Shown here piece by piece: positions 25,188 to 34,119 of a stretch of DNA of 64,000 nt. The notes beneath the pieces were generated by a model that was given only the letters and a program-made list of their open reading frames with translations, had not been told where the DNA came from and did not search any database. The translations under genes were made by a program, and so were the position numbers. Each line of letters opens with the position of its first letter. Within the stretch, counting starts at the first letter, position 1. Origin of the DNA: an uncultured bacterium (GTDB lineage: Bacteria > Actinomycetota > Acidimicrobiia > Spongiisociales > UBA5794); the NCBI GenBank assembly GCA_963801165.1, contig CAWDDT010000006.1, positions 320,001-384,000 of the forward strand. The letters are read 5' to 3'.

Positions 25188-26557
25188 CGCATCACCCCGG
25201 CGAGGAGCCCGGCGACGGTAGGTGGCACCGTCTCGATCGGGGCGTCGATGTCGGCAACGTCGACGTCGTCGAGGAACCGGCCTCCGGGCGCCGCCGAGTT
25301 GGGGACCAGGTACTTGCGGGCTGGTTGCCCATCTGCGGCAATCGCCGCCGACACGTCACGACCGACGATGAGACCGGCCACAGCCACGTTTCCACCGAAG
25401 AAGTCGTTGGTCACCGGTAGCACCCGGAGCGGGACACCGGCGAGCGTCTCGAGACGCCCCAGCACCGGCTCGAACGCCCGTGCTCCGTACTCACCCGTGA
25501 CGATGACCACCGGCCCGTCGGCCCCTGGCAGACCGCTGGCAAAGGCGCCCCTGGTGGTGCGATAACCCTCGGCCGGTGCCGCCGGCAGGGTCGTCCAGGC
25601 GCCGGTGACACCCGGGAAGCTCGTCCGCAGCCCGGCCTCGGCGGCTTCGAGCTCGTCGTAGAAGGCCCGAATCATCCCGATGCCGTTCTCGTGCTGGTCG
25701 AACTCCTCGTAGTGCTCCGACGCCGGCACCGCTCGCCCCGCCACCAGGTACATCTCGTCGGAGGCAAAGAACATCCGCCGCCCCACCATCGCCTGAGCCT
25801 TCTCCTGCCAGAAGTCGACGATCTCCAGGTCGGCGGCGGCGTCCTCGGGCGTGTGCACCCGCAGCGTCGTCTCCTTGCCGTACTTGGACAGCCCCAGCGG
25901 GACGATCCCCACCGACGCCAGCTGCGGATACGCGATAAGGATCTCGGCGAGGGTCTCCTCGAGGACGCTCCCCGAGTTGACGTCCGGGCACAGCACGATC
26001 TGCCCATGCACCTCGACACCCGCCTCCAGAAGCGCCCGCAGCCAGCGCAAACTGGTTGCCCCACGGGGATTGCGCAGCATCTGCGCCCGGAGATCGGGGT
26101 TTGTGGCGTGGATCGACACGTACAGCGGGCCGAGACGCTCCTCGACCACCCGGGACAGATCGAGCTCGGTAAACCGGGTCAGCGTCGTGAAGTTGCCGTA
26201 CAGAAACGACAGCCGGTAGTCGTCGTCCTTCAGGTACAGCGTGGTGCGCATCCCCGGTGGCAACTGGTAGATGAAGCAGAACTCGCAGTGGTTGTCACAT
26301 GTCTGCACCCGGTCGAACACCGACGAGTTGAGCCGTAATCCCAGCGGGGCGCCCGCAGCCTTTGTGATGTCGAGAGCCGACGTCGCCCCGTCTCGACGCA
26401 CCTCGAGTTCCACATCGGCCTCGTCGACGAGCTGCTGGTACTCAATGACGTCGGTCAGCACGACCCCGTTGACAGACAACAGCTCATCGCCCGGCCGCAG
26501 ACCTGCGACCGCGGCGGGACTACCGGGCACAACTTCGAGAATCGTCGGGTTCGACAT
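25184..26557 (-). CDS. PDZ + radical-SAM-like DUF512 protein
   Basis: N-terminal PDZ, CDNHCEFCFI, KDDDYRLSFLYGNFTTLT, ENGIG, NDFFGGNVAVAGL; adjacent to der. Confidence 0.9.
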   Translation of the reverse strand: MSNPTILEVVPGSPAAVAGLRPGDELLSVNGVVLTDVIEYQQLVDEADVELEVRRDGATSALDITKAAGAPLGLRLNSSVFDRVQTCDNHCEFCFIYQLPPGMRTTLYLKDDDYRLSFLYGNFTTLTRFTELDLSRVVEERLGPLYVSIHATNPDLRAQMLRNPRGATSLRWLRALLEAGVEVHGQIVLCPDVNSGSVLEETLAEILIAYPQLASVGIVPLGLSKYGKETTLRVHTPEDAAADLEIVDFWQEKAQAMVGRRMFFASDEMYLVAGRAVPASEHYEEFDQHENGIGMIRAFYDELEAAEAGLRTSFPGVTGAWTTLPAAPAEGYRTTRGAFASGLPGADGPVVIVTGEYGARAFEPVLGRLETLAGVPLRVLPVTNDFFGGNVAVAGLIVGRDVSAAIAADGQPARKYLVPNSAAPGGRFLDDVDVADIDAPIETVPPTVAGLLAGVMR

Positions 26558-26644
26558 AGAGGACGCAAGCATAGAACGCCCGCGTACTCCCGACTGCGGC
26601 TGGGGCGATCCTCATCGAACAGGACGACAAACCGCAACCGACTC

Positions 26645-26862
26645 TTTCCTTCTCCCTCTGGGAGAGGTGCCAAGCGAAGCGAAGGCGGTGAGGGCCCTTT
26701 TTCCTTCTCCCTCTGGGAGAAGTGACCGAGCGAAGCGAGGTCGATGAGGGCCTCCTTCCCTCACCCCCTGGGAGAGCTGCCAAGCAAAGCGAAGCCGTAA
26801 CCCGCTCTTTCCTTCTCCCTCTGGGAGAAGTGACCGAGCGAAGCGAGGTCGATGAGGGCCTT
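26645..26862. repeat. Cluster of four REP-like palindromic units
   Basis: CCTTCTCCCTCTGGGAGAAGTGACCGAGCGAAGCGAGGTCGATGAGGGCC is identical at 26703 and 26811, with variants near 26648 and 26760. Confidence 0.85.
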
Positions 26863-26869
26863 CTTTCCG

Positions 26870-27349
26870 TCAGGTCGAGGTGACCACACCTTCTGCGGCG
26901 TCGACCAGAACTCGCCAGAGGTAGTTGCCGAAAGAACGAGACGGCAGCAGTAGATACGAAGGGCTTCCCTCCACGTCGTCCCGGACCAGTTCGGTGGCGA
27001 CACCGGCGATCAGAGTCCGTGCCGCCGCCCCGTTCGGGAACATGTCGTCGGACAGGTCGAGCGCACAGACCGCGGCCAGCACGTCCATGGCATGGTCGCC
27101 GGAAAGCCGGAACACCGCCCGGACATGCGACAGATCGACGTCAGCAGGGGCGGTGCCGTTCATCACGGTCGACTCCCCCGGTGTGACCGACCACTCCAGC
27201 GACTTCCCCGACAGGCGAGCCGTTCCCGGAGCAACATCGGCTTGGAAGCGTCGGGTCAGCCGGACTCCAGTCTCATCGGTCAGCGCGACGTCGGGCCCCG
27301 GCAGAAACGCCGGTTGCCGGACGGGGGAAGAGAAACGTGGTTCAGCCAT
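26870..27349 (-). CDS. soxG: Sarcosine oxidase subunit gamma-like
   Basis: VDLSH...FRLSG...CALDL...RSFGNYLWRVL; last gene of the sox cluster. Confidence 0.8.
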   Translation of the reverse strand: MAEPRFSSPVRQPAFLPGPDVALTDETGVRLTRRFQADVAPGTARLSGKSLEWSVTPGESTVMNGTAPADVDLSHVRAVFRLSGDHAMDVLAAVCALDLSDDMFPNGAAARTLIAGVATELVRDDVEGSPSYLLLPSRSFGNYLWRVLVDAAEGVVTST

Positions 27350-30167
27350 TGAGACGCTCCCCTTCCGTGTCGAAGTGCGCGTGGTGCTCCATCACCCGCA
27401 CCCCGGTGTTGGTTCCGTCGGGAAGCCGGACTGTCAGCACTGTCCCCGGGTCCGCATGGGGGCCGGCCACCTGCCCCAGACAAATCGACCTGCTGAGTGT
27501 CGGCGACCACCGGCTCGAGGTGATCCGCCCGATGATGGTGTTGCCTGAGACCAGCTGGCACGCCTCAGGGGGAACGAGCAGAGAATTCTCCGGTTGGAGC
27601 GCAACCAGCCGAACCCGGTCCTCGTCCCGTGACTGCCAGACGAGCTCCGGCTTGCCGGCAAAGTCGGGCTTGTCGAGCGCGATCAACCGGTCGATGCCCG
27701 CGGAGAAGCCCTGGGTGAGCCCGTCGGTGTCCTGGCCAACGATGAAGTGGCCTTTCTCCAACCGCATGATTCGCTGCGCCTCGACGCCGAACGGGGCGAC
27801 ACCGAGATCCTCCCCTGCGGCGACGAAGGCGTTCCACACATGCCGTGCATACCCGGCGGGGGCGTGAATCTCATAGCTCAGCTCGCCGGTGAAGCCGATT
27901 CGCAGCACGATGCAGTTCTCGACCCCGGCGACGGTGCCGGTGCGCACCCGCATGTAGCAGAACGTGTCCCGATCCAGGTCGATGTCGGTGAGACGGGCCA
28001 GCAGCTCTCGCGAGCGAGGACCGGCCACGTTCATCGACCCATACCCGTCGGTCACTGCGATCATCCGAACATCCCAACCGCGTGACTGGATCCAGTCGTC
28101 GAGCCAGTCCCATACCCGCCCCGCGCCACCGGACGTCGTCGTCATCAGCCACCGGTCGGTGGCAAGCCTCGCCACGACACCGTCGTCGAAGATGACACCG
28201 TCGTCGGTGCACATGACTCCATAGCGGACCGAGCCGACGGCGAGCTTCTGCCACTTGTTCGTGTAGACGAATTCAAGAAGATCGGGGACATCCGACCCGC
28301 TCAGCTCGATCTTGCCGAGCGGGCTCACGTCGATGATCCCGACGTTCTCGCGGACGTTGACCACCTCTGCGTGCGGGTCACCGTAGTGCGCGGGGCGGAT
28401 CCATTGACCGGCGACCAGCGGTCGCGCCCCATTCTCCTCATGCCACTCCTGCATCGGGGAATGCCGCACCGGCTCGTATCCGCGGCCGGCGAGGACGCCC
28501 AGGCTCAGAGGAGCATACGGGGGACGCCACGTCGTTGTGCCTGTCTCGGCGATCGAGCGACCCGTCGCCGCAGCGTGCAGCGCAACCGCGTTGGCCACTT
28601 CGAGCTTGCCCTGGCCGGGTCCCATGGTGACGGTCGTGTACCGCTTCGTCAGCTCCATGCTGTCGTACCCCTCGGCGACGGCCGCTCCAATGTCCTTCGA
28701 GCTGATGTCCTCCGAGAAGTCCACGAAACCGTGCGTCGCACCCCGGTACAGCTCGGGATGGTCCGCTGGTGGCAGCGGTGCCACGGCACGGGCCGGAAGC
28801 CTGGGCGGGGGCGGTGCCGCACTGGTGGGCAGCGCCGACCGCCATGCGGCCCGGGTGATCAGCGCCCGCTCGCCGGCCTCGCGGCCCACCGCCCTACCGT
28901 GCTCGACCAGCTGATCCGTCGTCCCGTCCCCCACGATCCCTCCGGTCGCCATCACGTCGTCGGGCAGGGGGCCGGGTAGATAGCGAGCCGCCCTCGGTGC
29001 GTACTCGGGTCGTGAACCCGCCATGTTGAGCAACGCCGTCGGCGTCGTCCACCCGGTAGCGGTTACGAGGAGGTCGGCGTCGATCTCGGACCCGTCCGCC
29101 AGTTCGACACTGGAGACCGAACCGCGGCCCCGGGCGCGGGCGATGCCGCCCACGCTTCGGGCATCGACGACCGTGACGTCCGCACCGACAGAGGCGAGGT
29201 CGGCTGCCGCGGCATCGCCGGACTCGTTGGCGGTGAAGACCACGGCTTTTGCCCCCGGCTTGACGGCATACAGGTTGATCAGCCGCCGCACCCCGGTAGA
29301 CAGCATTACCCCGGGAAGGTCGTTTCCCTCGAACACAAAGGGACGCTCCAGCGTCCCCGCCGCGACCACCAGCATCTTCGCCCTCGCCTTGATGAGCCTC
29401 TCGGTCACGGTCGGGTGGCTACGTTCCAGGATCGCCACCCAGTTGTGGTCGTAGCGACCGGTAACCACCGAATCGGTGAGCACCTCGATGTTGCCGGCGG
29501 AGCGGACGGCCTGCCGCAGCCGGTCCAGGTGCTCGAGATCGGTGCCGTTGCCCCACCGGAGATGCCCACCCAGCTGATGCTCTTCCTCCACCAGGATCAC
29601 GCGGGCGCCGGTCTGTGCCGCCGCAACCGCAGCGGCCATGCCGGCCGGGCCACCTCCAGCAACAACGACGTCGGGATGGGCAAACCTGTGGTCGTAGCGG
29701 TCGTCGGGAGGCCGGTTGGTGACCTCCCCGCCGGGAGAGAACTGGCGGAGCACCTTCTGGTATTGCGGCCACAGCCCCCTCGGAGCCATGAAGGTCTTGT
29801 AGTAGAAGCCTGGCGGGAGAAACCGGCTCAGCCCCCGGTTGGCGGACCGGACGTCGAATTCGAGCGAAGGCCAGGTGTTCTGAGAAGTCACCCGCATCCC
29901 TTCCTTCACGAGCCGGTGGCCGCCCCGCACGTTCGGTTCGTCTCCCACCTGAACCATGAGGTTCGGGTCGAGGAAACTGGCAAGAAGCATCCCCCGGCGC
30001 CGGTGGTATTTGAAGCTCCTGGCGAACACCGATACCCCCGCGGCGGCCAGTGCCGACGCGATCGTGTCTCCGACATACCCGACATGCGTCTTGCCGTTCC
30101 AGGTGAAGGCAATGCGTTGGGACCGGTCGATAACCTCGCCGGGGCGGGGAGCAAGACGGTTTTTCAT
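27342..30167 (-). CDS. soxA: Sarcosine oxidase subunit alpha
   Basis: GDTIASAL...RSFKYHRRRG, GGGPAGMAAA, KRYTTVTMGPGQGK, and a GcvT-like C-terminus. Confidence 0.92.
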   Translation of the reverse strand: MKNRLAPRPGEVIDRSQRIAFTWNGKTHVGYVGDTIASALAAAGVSVFARSFKYHRRRGMLLASFLDPNLMVQVGDEPNVRGGHRLVKEGMRVTSQNTWPSLEFDVRSANRGLSRFLPPGFYYKTFMAPRGLWPQYQKVLRQFSPGGEVTNRPPDDRYDHRFAHPDVVVAGGGPAGMAAAVAAAQTGARVILVEEEHQLGGHLRWGNGTDLEHLDRLRQAVRSAGNIEVLTDSVVTGRYDHNWVAILERSHPTVTERLIKARAKMLVVAAGTLERPFVFEGNDLPGVMLSTGVRRLINLYAVKPGAKAVVFTANESGDAAAADLASVGADVTVVDARSVGGIARARGRGSVSSVELADGSEIDADLLVTATGWTTPTALLNMAGSRPEYAPRAARYLPGPLPDDVMATGGIVGDGTTDQLVEHGRAVGREAGERALITRAAWRSALPTSAAPPPPRLPARAVAPLPPADHPELYRGATHGFVDFSEDISSKDIGAAVAEGYDSMELTKRYTTVTMGPGQGKLEVANAVALHAAATGRSIAETGTTTWRPPYAPLSLGVLAGRGYEPVRHSPMQEWHEENGARPLVAGQWIRPAHYGDPHAEVVNVRENVGIIDVSPLGKIELSGSDVPDLLEFVYTNKWQKLAVGSVRYGVMCTDDGVIFDDGVVARLATDRWLMTTTSGGAGRVWDWLDDWIQSRGWDVRMIAVTDGYGSMNVAGPRSRELLARLTDIDLDRDTFCYMRVRTGTVAGVENCIVLRIGFTGELSYEIHAPAGYARHVWNAFVAAGEDLGVAPFGVEAQRIMRLEKGHFIVGQDTDGLTQGFSAGIDRLIALDKPDFAGKPELVWQSRDEDRVRLVALQPENSLLVPPEACQLVSGNTIIGRITSSRWSPTLSRSICLGQVAGPHADPGTVLTVRLPDGTNTGVRVMEHHAHFDTEGERLNG

Positions 30168-30421
30168 CCGCTCCCCCGATCTCGAACCTCTGTGATCTCG
30201 TTGGTCACCGTGTCGCGTACGACAGAAAGGTATCGACGGCAGCCTGCGGCGTGGAACCACTGCTCGACCGCCGATCCCGCGGCGTTGTCGTGGAAGTACA
30301 GATAGTCACGCCACATCGCCGCAGTCGCCTCCTGGGGGTCCGGCCGGGTGTGTTGCTCACCGTGGTAGGTGAACTCCGACGAATTGCGCAAACCGCAGTG
30401 CGGACACGGGATCAGCAGCAT
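30164..30421 (-). CDS. soxD: Sarcosine oxidase subunit delta
   Basis: MLLIPCPHCGLR...EF...W..YLY...WFHAAGCR...RDTVT. Confidence 0.95.
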   Translation of the reverse strand: MLLIPCPHCGLRNSSEFTYHGEQHTRPDPQEATAAMWRDYLYFHDNAAGSAVEQWFHAAGCRRYLSVVRDTVTNEITEVRDRGSG

Positions 30422-30469
30422 CGTCTGCCCTCTCCGCGCAACGAAACCGGACCCGGTGCGCCGTCGCCC

Positions 30470-30690
30470 ACAAGGCCCTCATCGCCTTTCGCTTCGCTCA
30501 GGCACTTCTCCCAAAGGGAGAAGCAACAGGAACCACTCACAACGCCCTCGCTCGCTTCCCCCTGCCCTGTGAGAAGCGCCGACCAAACCGAAACCGATGA
30601 GGTACCGCGAATTCCTTCTCCCTCTGGGAGAAACACCGAGCGAGGCGAAGCCGATGACCGCCGACGAATTCCTTCTCCCAGAGGGAGAAG
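30470..30690. repeat. Cluster of REP-like units (both orientations) between soxB and soxD
   Basis: CTTCTCCC-AAA-GGGAGAAG and CCTTCTCCCTCTGGGAGAAA-type palindromes, plus TTCGCTTCGCTC / GAGCGAGGCGAA modules. Confidence 0.8.
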
Positions 30691-30714
30691 GAATAGGAAT
30701 CACCCAGCACACCT

Positions 30715-31971
30715 TCAGTGCCCAACGGCCGCTGCTCCTTTCTCGCCTACTAGACGGCCATTCTCGAAACGATCCAGGGAGAAGGGTGCGATCAGCGGCG
30801 GGACGGTCCCCGTGGCGACGAGCCGGGCGATCTGCTCGCCGGAGACGGGTGCGGCCTTGAAGCCGTAGGTCCCCCAACCCACGTCGACAACGAAACCGTC
30901 GACCGGCGTGAATCCCATGATCGGGGCGAAATCCGGGGTCATGTCGCACAAGCCTGCCCACTGTCGGAGGAGCTTCATCCTGGCGATCGCCGGCATCAGC
31001 TCGAGCACGTGCTTCGCCAGGTTCTCGGTGAACTCCAGCGAGCCGCGGGTCGAATACGACGCAAATGGGTCGACGGACGCTCCGAAGACGAGCTCGCCCC
31101 GGGCGGTCTGGGAGACGTAGACATGCAGCGATCCCGACACGACCACGGGACCGAGGAAGTGCTTGACGGGCTCAGTCACCGCCGCCTGGAGCGGACGGGT
31201 CAGGATCGGCAGCCGCACGCCCGCCATGGCGGCGATGAGGGAACTCCAGCCGGCGGTGCAGTTGATCACCGTCCCGGTGGCGATCCGCCCGCGGGTGGTT
31301 TCCACTCCGGTCACGGCGCCGTTGGAGACGTCGATGCCGGTCACCTCGGTGTCCTGGTGGATGTGAACACCGTGGGCGTTGGCGCCGCGGGCATAGCCCC
31401 ACACCACCGCATCGTGCCGGATGATGCCGCCGGGAGGGTGCCACAAAGCCCCGACGATCGGATAGCGGGCGGTGGCGGTGATATCCATGAACGGTACGAG
31501 ACGTTTGATCTCGTCGGGCCCGATCACGCTCGAGTCGATGCCCTGGGCCTTGTTGACCTCCGCCCGCCAGTGCATCGTGCGCAGCGAGCTGTCGTTGTGG
31601 GCCAGAGTCATGTGCCCGCGCTGTTCGAACATGACGTTGAAGTTGAGCTCGGCCGCCAGACCCTCATACAACTCAACGGACCGTTGGTAGAAGCTCGCCC
31701 CCTCGGGAGTGAGATAGTTGGAGCGGACGATCGCAGTGTTGCGCCCCGAGCCACCCGAGCCGATGTAGCTCTTCTCGATCACCGCCACATCGGTTATGCC
31801 GTGGTTGGCAGCCAGATAGTAGGCAGTGGCCAACCCGTGCACTCCACCGCCGATGATCACCACCTGGTACGAAGGCTGGAGCTCGTGATGGTCGACTACC
31901 CGGGGCCAATCCTGCCGTCCGAGCCCGTGGCGCAGCAGCGCCAGTGCCGAGTAGCGTGTCCGTCTCGTCAT
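30715..31971 (-). CDS. soxB: Sarcosine oxidase subunit beta
   Basis: IIGGGVHGLATAYYLA, GRNTAIVRSNY, RHDAVVWGYARGA, GWGTYGFKAAP, terminal AAAVGH. Confidence 0.95.
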   Translation of the reverse strand: MTRRTRYSALALLRHGLGRQDWPRVVDHHELQPSYQVVIIGGGVHGLATAYYLAANHGITDVAVIEKSYIGSGGSGRNTAIVRSNYLTPEGASFYQRSVELYEGLAAELNFNVMFEQRGHMTLAHNDSSLRTMHWRAEVNKAQGIDSSVIGPDEIKRLVPFMDITATARYPIVGALWHPPGGIIRHDAVVWGYARGANAHGVHIHQDTEVTGIDVSNGAVTGVETTRGRIATGTVINCTAGWSSLIAAMAGVRLPILTRPLQAAVTEPVKHFLGPVVVSGSLHVYVSQTARGELVFGASVDPFASYSTRGSLEFTENLAKHVLELMPAIARMKLLRQWAGLCDMTPDFAPIMGFTPVDGFVVDVGWGTYGFKAAPVSGEQIARLVATGTVPPLIAPFSLDRFENGRLVGEKGAAAVGH

Positions 31972-31996
31972 GGGTCTCGGTGGGTCGCTTGGGCTT

Positions 31997-32031
31997 GTTC
32001 CACGATCCGGTACTGTGCTGTATCGTGGAAT
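31997..32031. promoter_or_regulatory. Putative IclR operator pair between soxB and the IclR gene
   Basis: GTTCCACGATCCGGTAC plus GTGCTGTATCGTGGAAT; a matching pair lies at 38189-38223. Confidence 0.6.
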
Positions 32032-32058
32032 GCACACCCTAGCTATGGAATCAGCATC

Positions 32059-32820
32059 GTGTCGAAGGTTCAATCCGTGCAGCGGGCATTTCGGCTCCTC
32101 CAGCAACTCGCGTCCGAGGAGATGGGGGTGACCAAGCTCGCCGAGGCATCCGATCTCCCCAAGAGCACGGTGGCCAGACTGCTCAAGACCCTCGAGCACG
32201 AAGGCGCGGTCGAATGGGACACCGCCACCGCCCGGTACCGCATCGGGCCGTCGATTGTCTCGCTGGCCGGATCGACCGACCCGGCTGCCGATCTGATCGC
32301 ACACACCCGCCCCCACCTGGTGGTGCTGGCAGAGGTGACCGGGGAGGATGCCGGGTTGGCGGTACCGGACGGCCGCTTGACGCACTACGTCGCCCAGGTA
32401 GGAACAAACAACGCGGTCCAGGTCAGCGACTGGACCGGACAGCGACTCCCGATGCACTCGGTCGCGTCGGGTCTGGCGATGCTCGCCTTCCTTCCCGAAT
32501 CTGTGAGGGAGCAATACCTGGCCGACCCGATCGAACGGTTCACCGACGCCACCATGACGGATCCCGACGATCTCAGAGCACGTCTGGCGCAGATCCGATT
32601 GGACGGCTTTGCCTGGTGCAATGCCGACTACGTGGAGGGTCTGAGCGCGGTCGCGGCTCCCATCCTCGATACCGCGGGCCGCCCGACCGGCGCCATCCAC
32701 GTCCATGGGCCCAGTTTCCGATTCCCGCCCGACGCCCAGCGGGACGAGATCGCGGCGCTGGTCGTCGACAAGGCCCGGCTCGTCTCCGACTCGGCGATCA
32801 CCTCCTCACCCGTTCACTGA
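32059..32820 (+). CDS. IclR-family transcriptional regulator
   Basis: VQSVQRAFRLL...LPKSTVARLLKTL...LPMHSVASG...AVAAPI...GPSFRF. Confidence 0.92.
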   Translation: MSKVQSVQRAFRLLQQLASEEMGVTKLAEASDLPKSTVARLLKTLEHEGAVEWDTATARYRIGPSIVSLAGSTDPAADLIAHTRPHLVVLAEVTGEDAGLAVPDGRLTHYVAQVGTNNAVQVSDWTGQRLPMHSVASGLAMLAFLPESVREQYLADPIERFTDATMTDPDDLRARLAQIRLDGFAWCNADYVEGLSAVAAPILDTAGRPTGAIHVHGPSFRFPPDAQRDEIAALVVDKARLVSDSAITSSPVH

Positions 32821-34116
32821 GAAGCTCGAATCGGGGTTGATCTCACGATTGCGGGAGTAGAAGCCCATGTCGAGCGTCATCCCCTTGTACCGCTGTCGTA
32901 CCGTCACCGGCTCATTGTCGTGGTCGGCACCGTGCTCGACGGCGTCGATCAGAGCGGCCATGCAGTACCCCACCACCGCGGCGTTCTTGAATTGGTTGCC
33001 CGACGTTCCCACGGCCATGTAGAAGCCGTCGAGCGCCGACCGGTCATAGACCGGGATCCAGTCATCCGAGACGTCGTATAGGTCGACGACACCCTTTGGT
33101 TGCTGCGGTACCGGGAGGTCCGGGATGCGTCGTGCCAGCCGCAGCACCTGGGCATCCCAAGCTCCGCGGGAAACGGCACGGTCGAACACGTCGGGGTTCT
33201 CTACCCAGGTCCGCGGGTCACACTCCGGGTCCTCGCTCCCGACGAGGATGTGGTTGCCCGTCGCGGGCCGAAAATACGTGCCGATGTCGGCGTCGGATAC
33301 GTGCATGCCTTCCATGGAGAAGTCGAAGTCGCCGGGAGCGGGAACGTGATGCACCTCGTGACGCAGGGCCCTGGTCTTGATGTTCATCTGCTCGTCGACA
33401 CCCGCCATCCGGTTGATGACGAACGAGTGCGGGCCCGCCACGTTCACCACCACACCGGCGTCGATCTTCTCACCCGACCCGAGCGTGACACCCTGCACGC
33501 GTGACCCGGAGCGGCGGATCTCCGTGACCTCGGTGTTGTACCTGAAGTCGCTGCCGAGCGCCTTCGCTGCAGTGACCAGATTGCGGGTCGCCAGCTGCGG
33601 ATCCGATACGTAGCCGGACTCGGGCGTGTAGATGGCTCCGAGAAGCTCATCGGTCGGGTCGTCCCAGAAGGCGGCATCGTCGGGCCGCTTGGGTGGGTAG
33701 AACGACCCCGGGCTTAGTAGGGGCAGACGCTCGAGCACGGTCGCCATGTCCCATTCCTCATAGAGGACACCGACCGCATCGTATTGACGCAGCACCTTTC
33801 TCCAATGCTCACCCTGGACGGTCTTCAGCTGCACCGTCCCACAATTGATGTAACCGGCCAGACCCGCTTCGTCCGCGACGCCGACGTACTGCTCCCAATC
33901 CTTCCAGTACGAGAAGCCCTCGTAGGCCATGGCGACCCCGTCCCACGTCGAGTAGCTGGCACGAACGATGGCACAGCTGTTGGACGTCGAGCCGTATCCG
34001 GGGGCGGGGAGCTTGTCGACGCTAACCGTGCGGTATCCGAGTTTGGCGAGCTCGAACGCCGTGGCGGCACCGATGATGCCGGTACCGATGACGATGGCGT
34101 CATAGTCGTTGCTCAT
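32806..34116 (-). CDS. FAD-dependent oxidoreductase (DAO/sarcosine oxidase beta-like)
   Basis: IVIGTGIIG, GSTSNSCAIVR, YDVSDDWIPVYD, GTSGNQFK. Confidence 0.85.
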   Translation of the reverse strand: MSNDYDAIVIGTGIIGAATAFELAKLGYRTVSVDKLPAPGYGSTSNSCAIVRASYSTWDGVAMAYEGFSYWKDWEQYVGVADEAGLAGYINCGTVQLKTVQGEHWRKVLRQYDAVGVLYEEWDMATVLERLPLLSPGSFYPPKRPDDAAFWDDPTDELLGAIYTPESGYVSDPQLATRNLVTAAKALGSDFRYNTEVTEIRRSGSRVQGVTLGSGEKIDAGVVVNVAGPHSFVINRMAGVDEQMNIKTRALRHEVHHVPAPGDFDFSMEGMHVSDADIGTYFRPATGNHILVGSEDPECDPRTWVENPDVFDRAVSRGAWDAQVLRLARRIPDLPVPQQPKGVVDLYDVSDDWIPVYDRSALDGFYMAVGTSGNQFKNAAVVGYCMAALIDAVEHGADHDNEPVTVRQRYKGMTLDMGFYSRNREINPDSSFSVNG

Positions 34117-34119
34117 GGC

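Noticed and set aside
26645-26862. Possible CRISPR array
   Set aside because: Units are ~50-bp palindromic and abut one another with no unique, equal-length spacers. The same unit is dispersed elsewhere and there are no cas genes.
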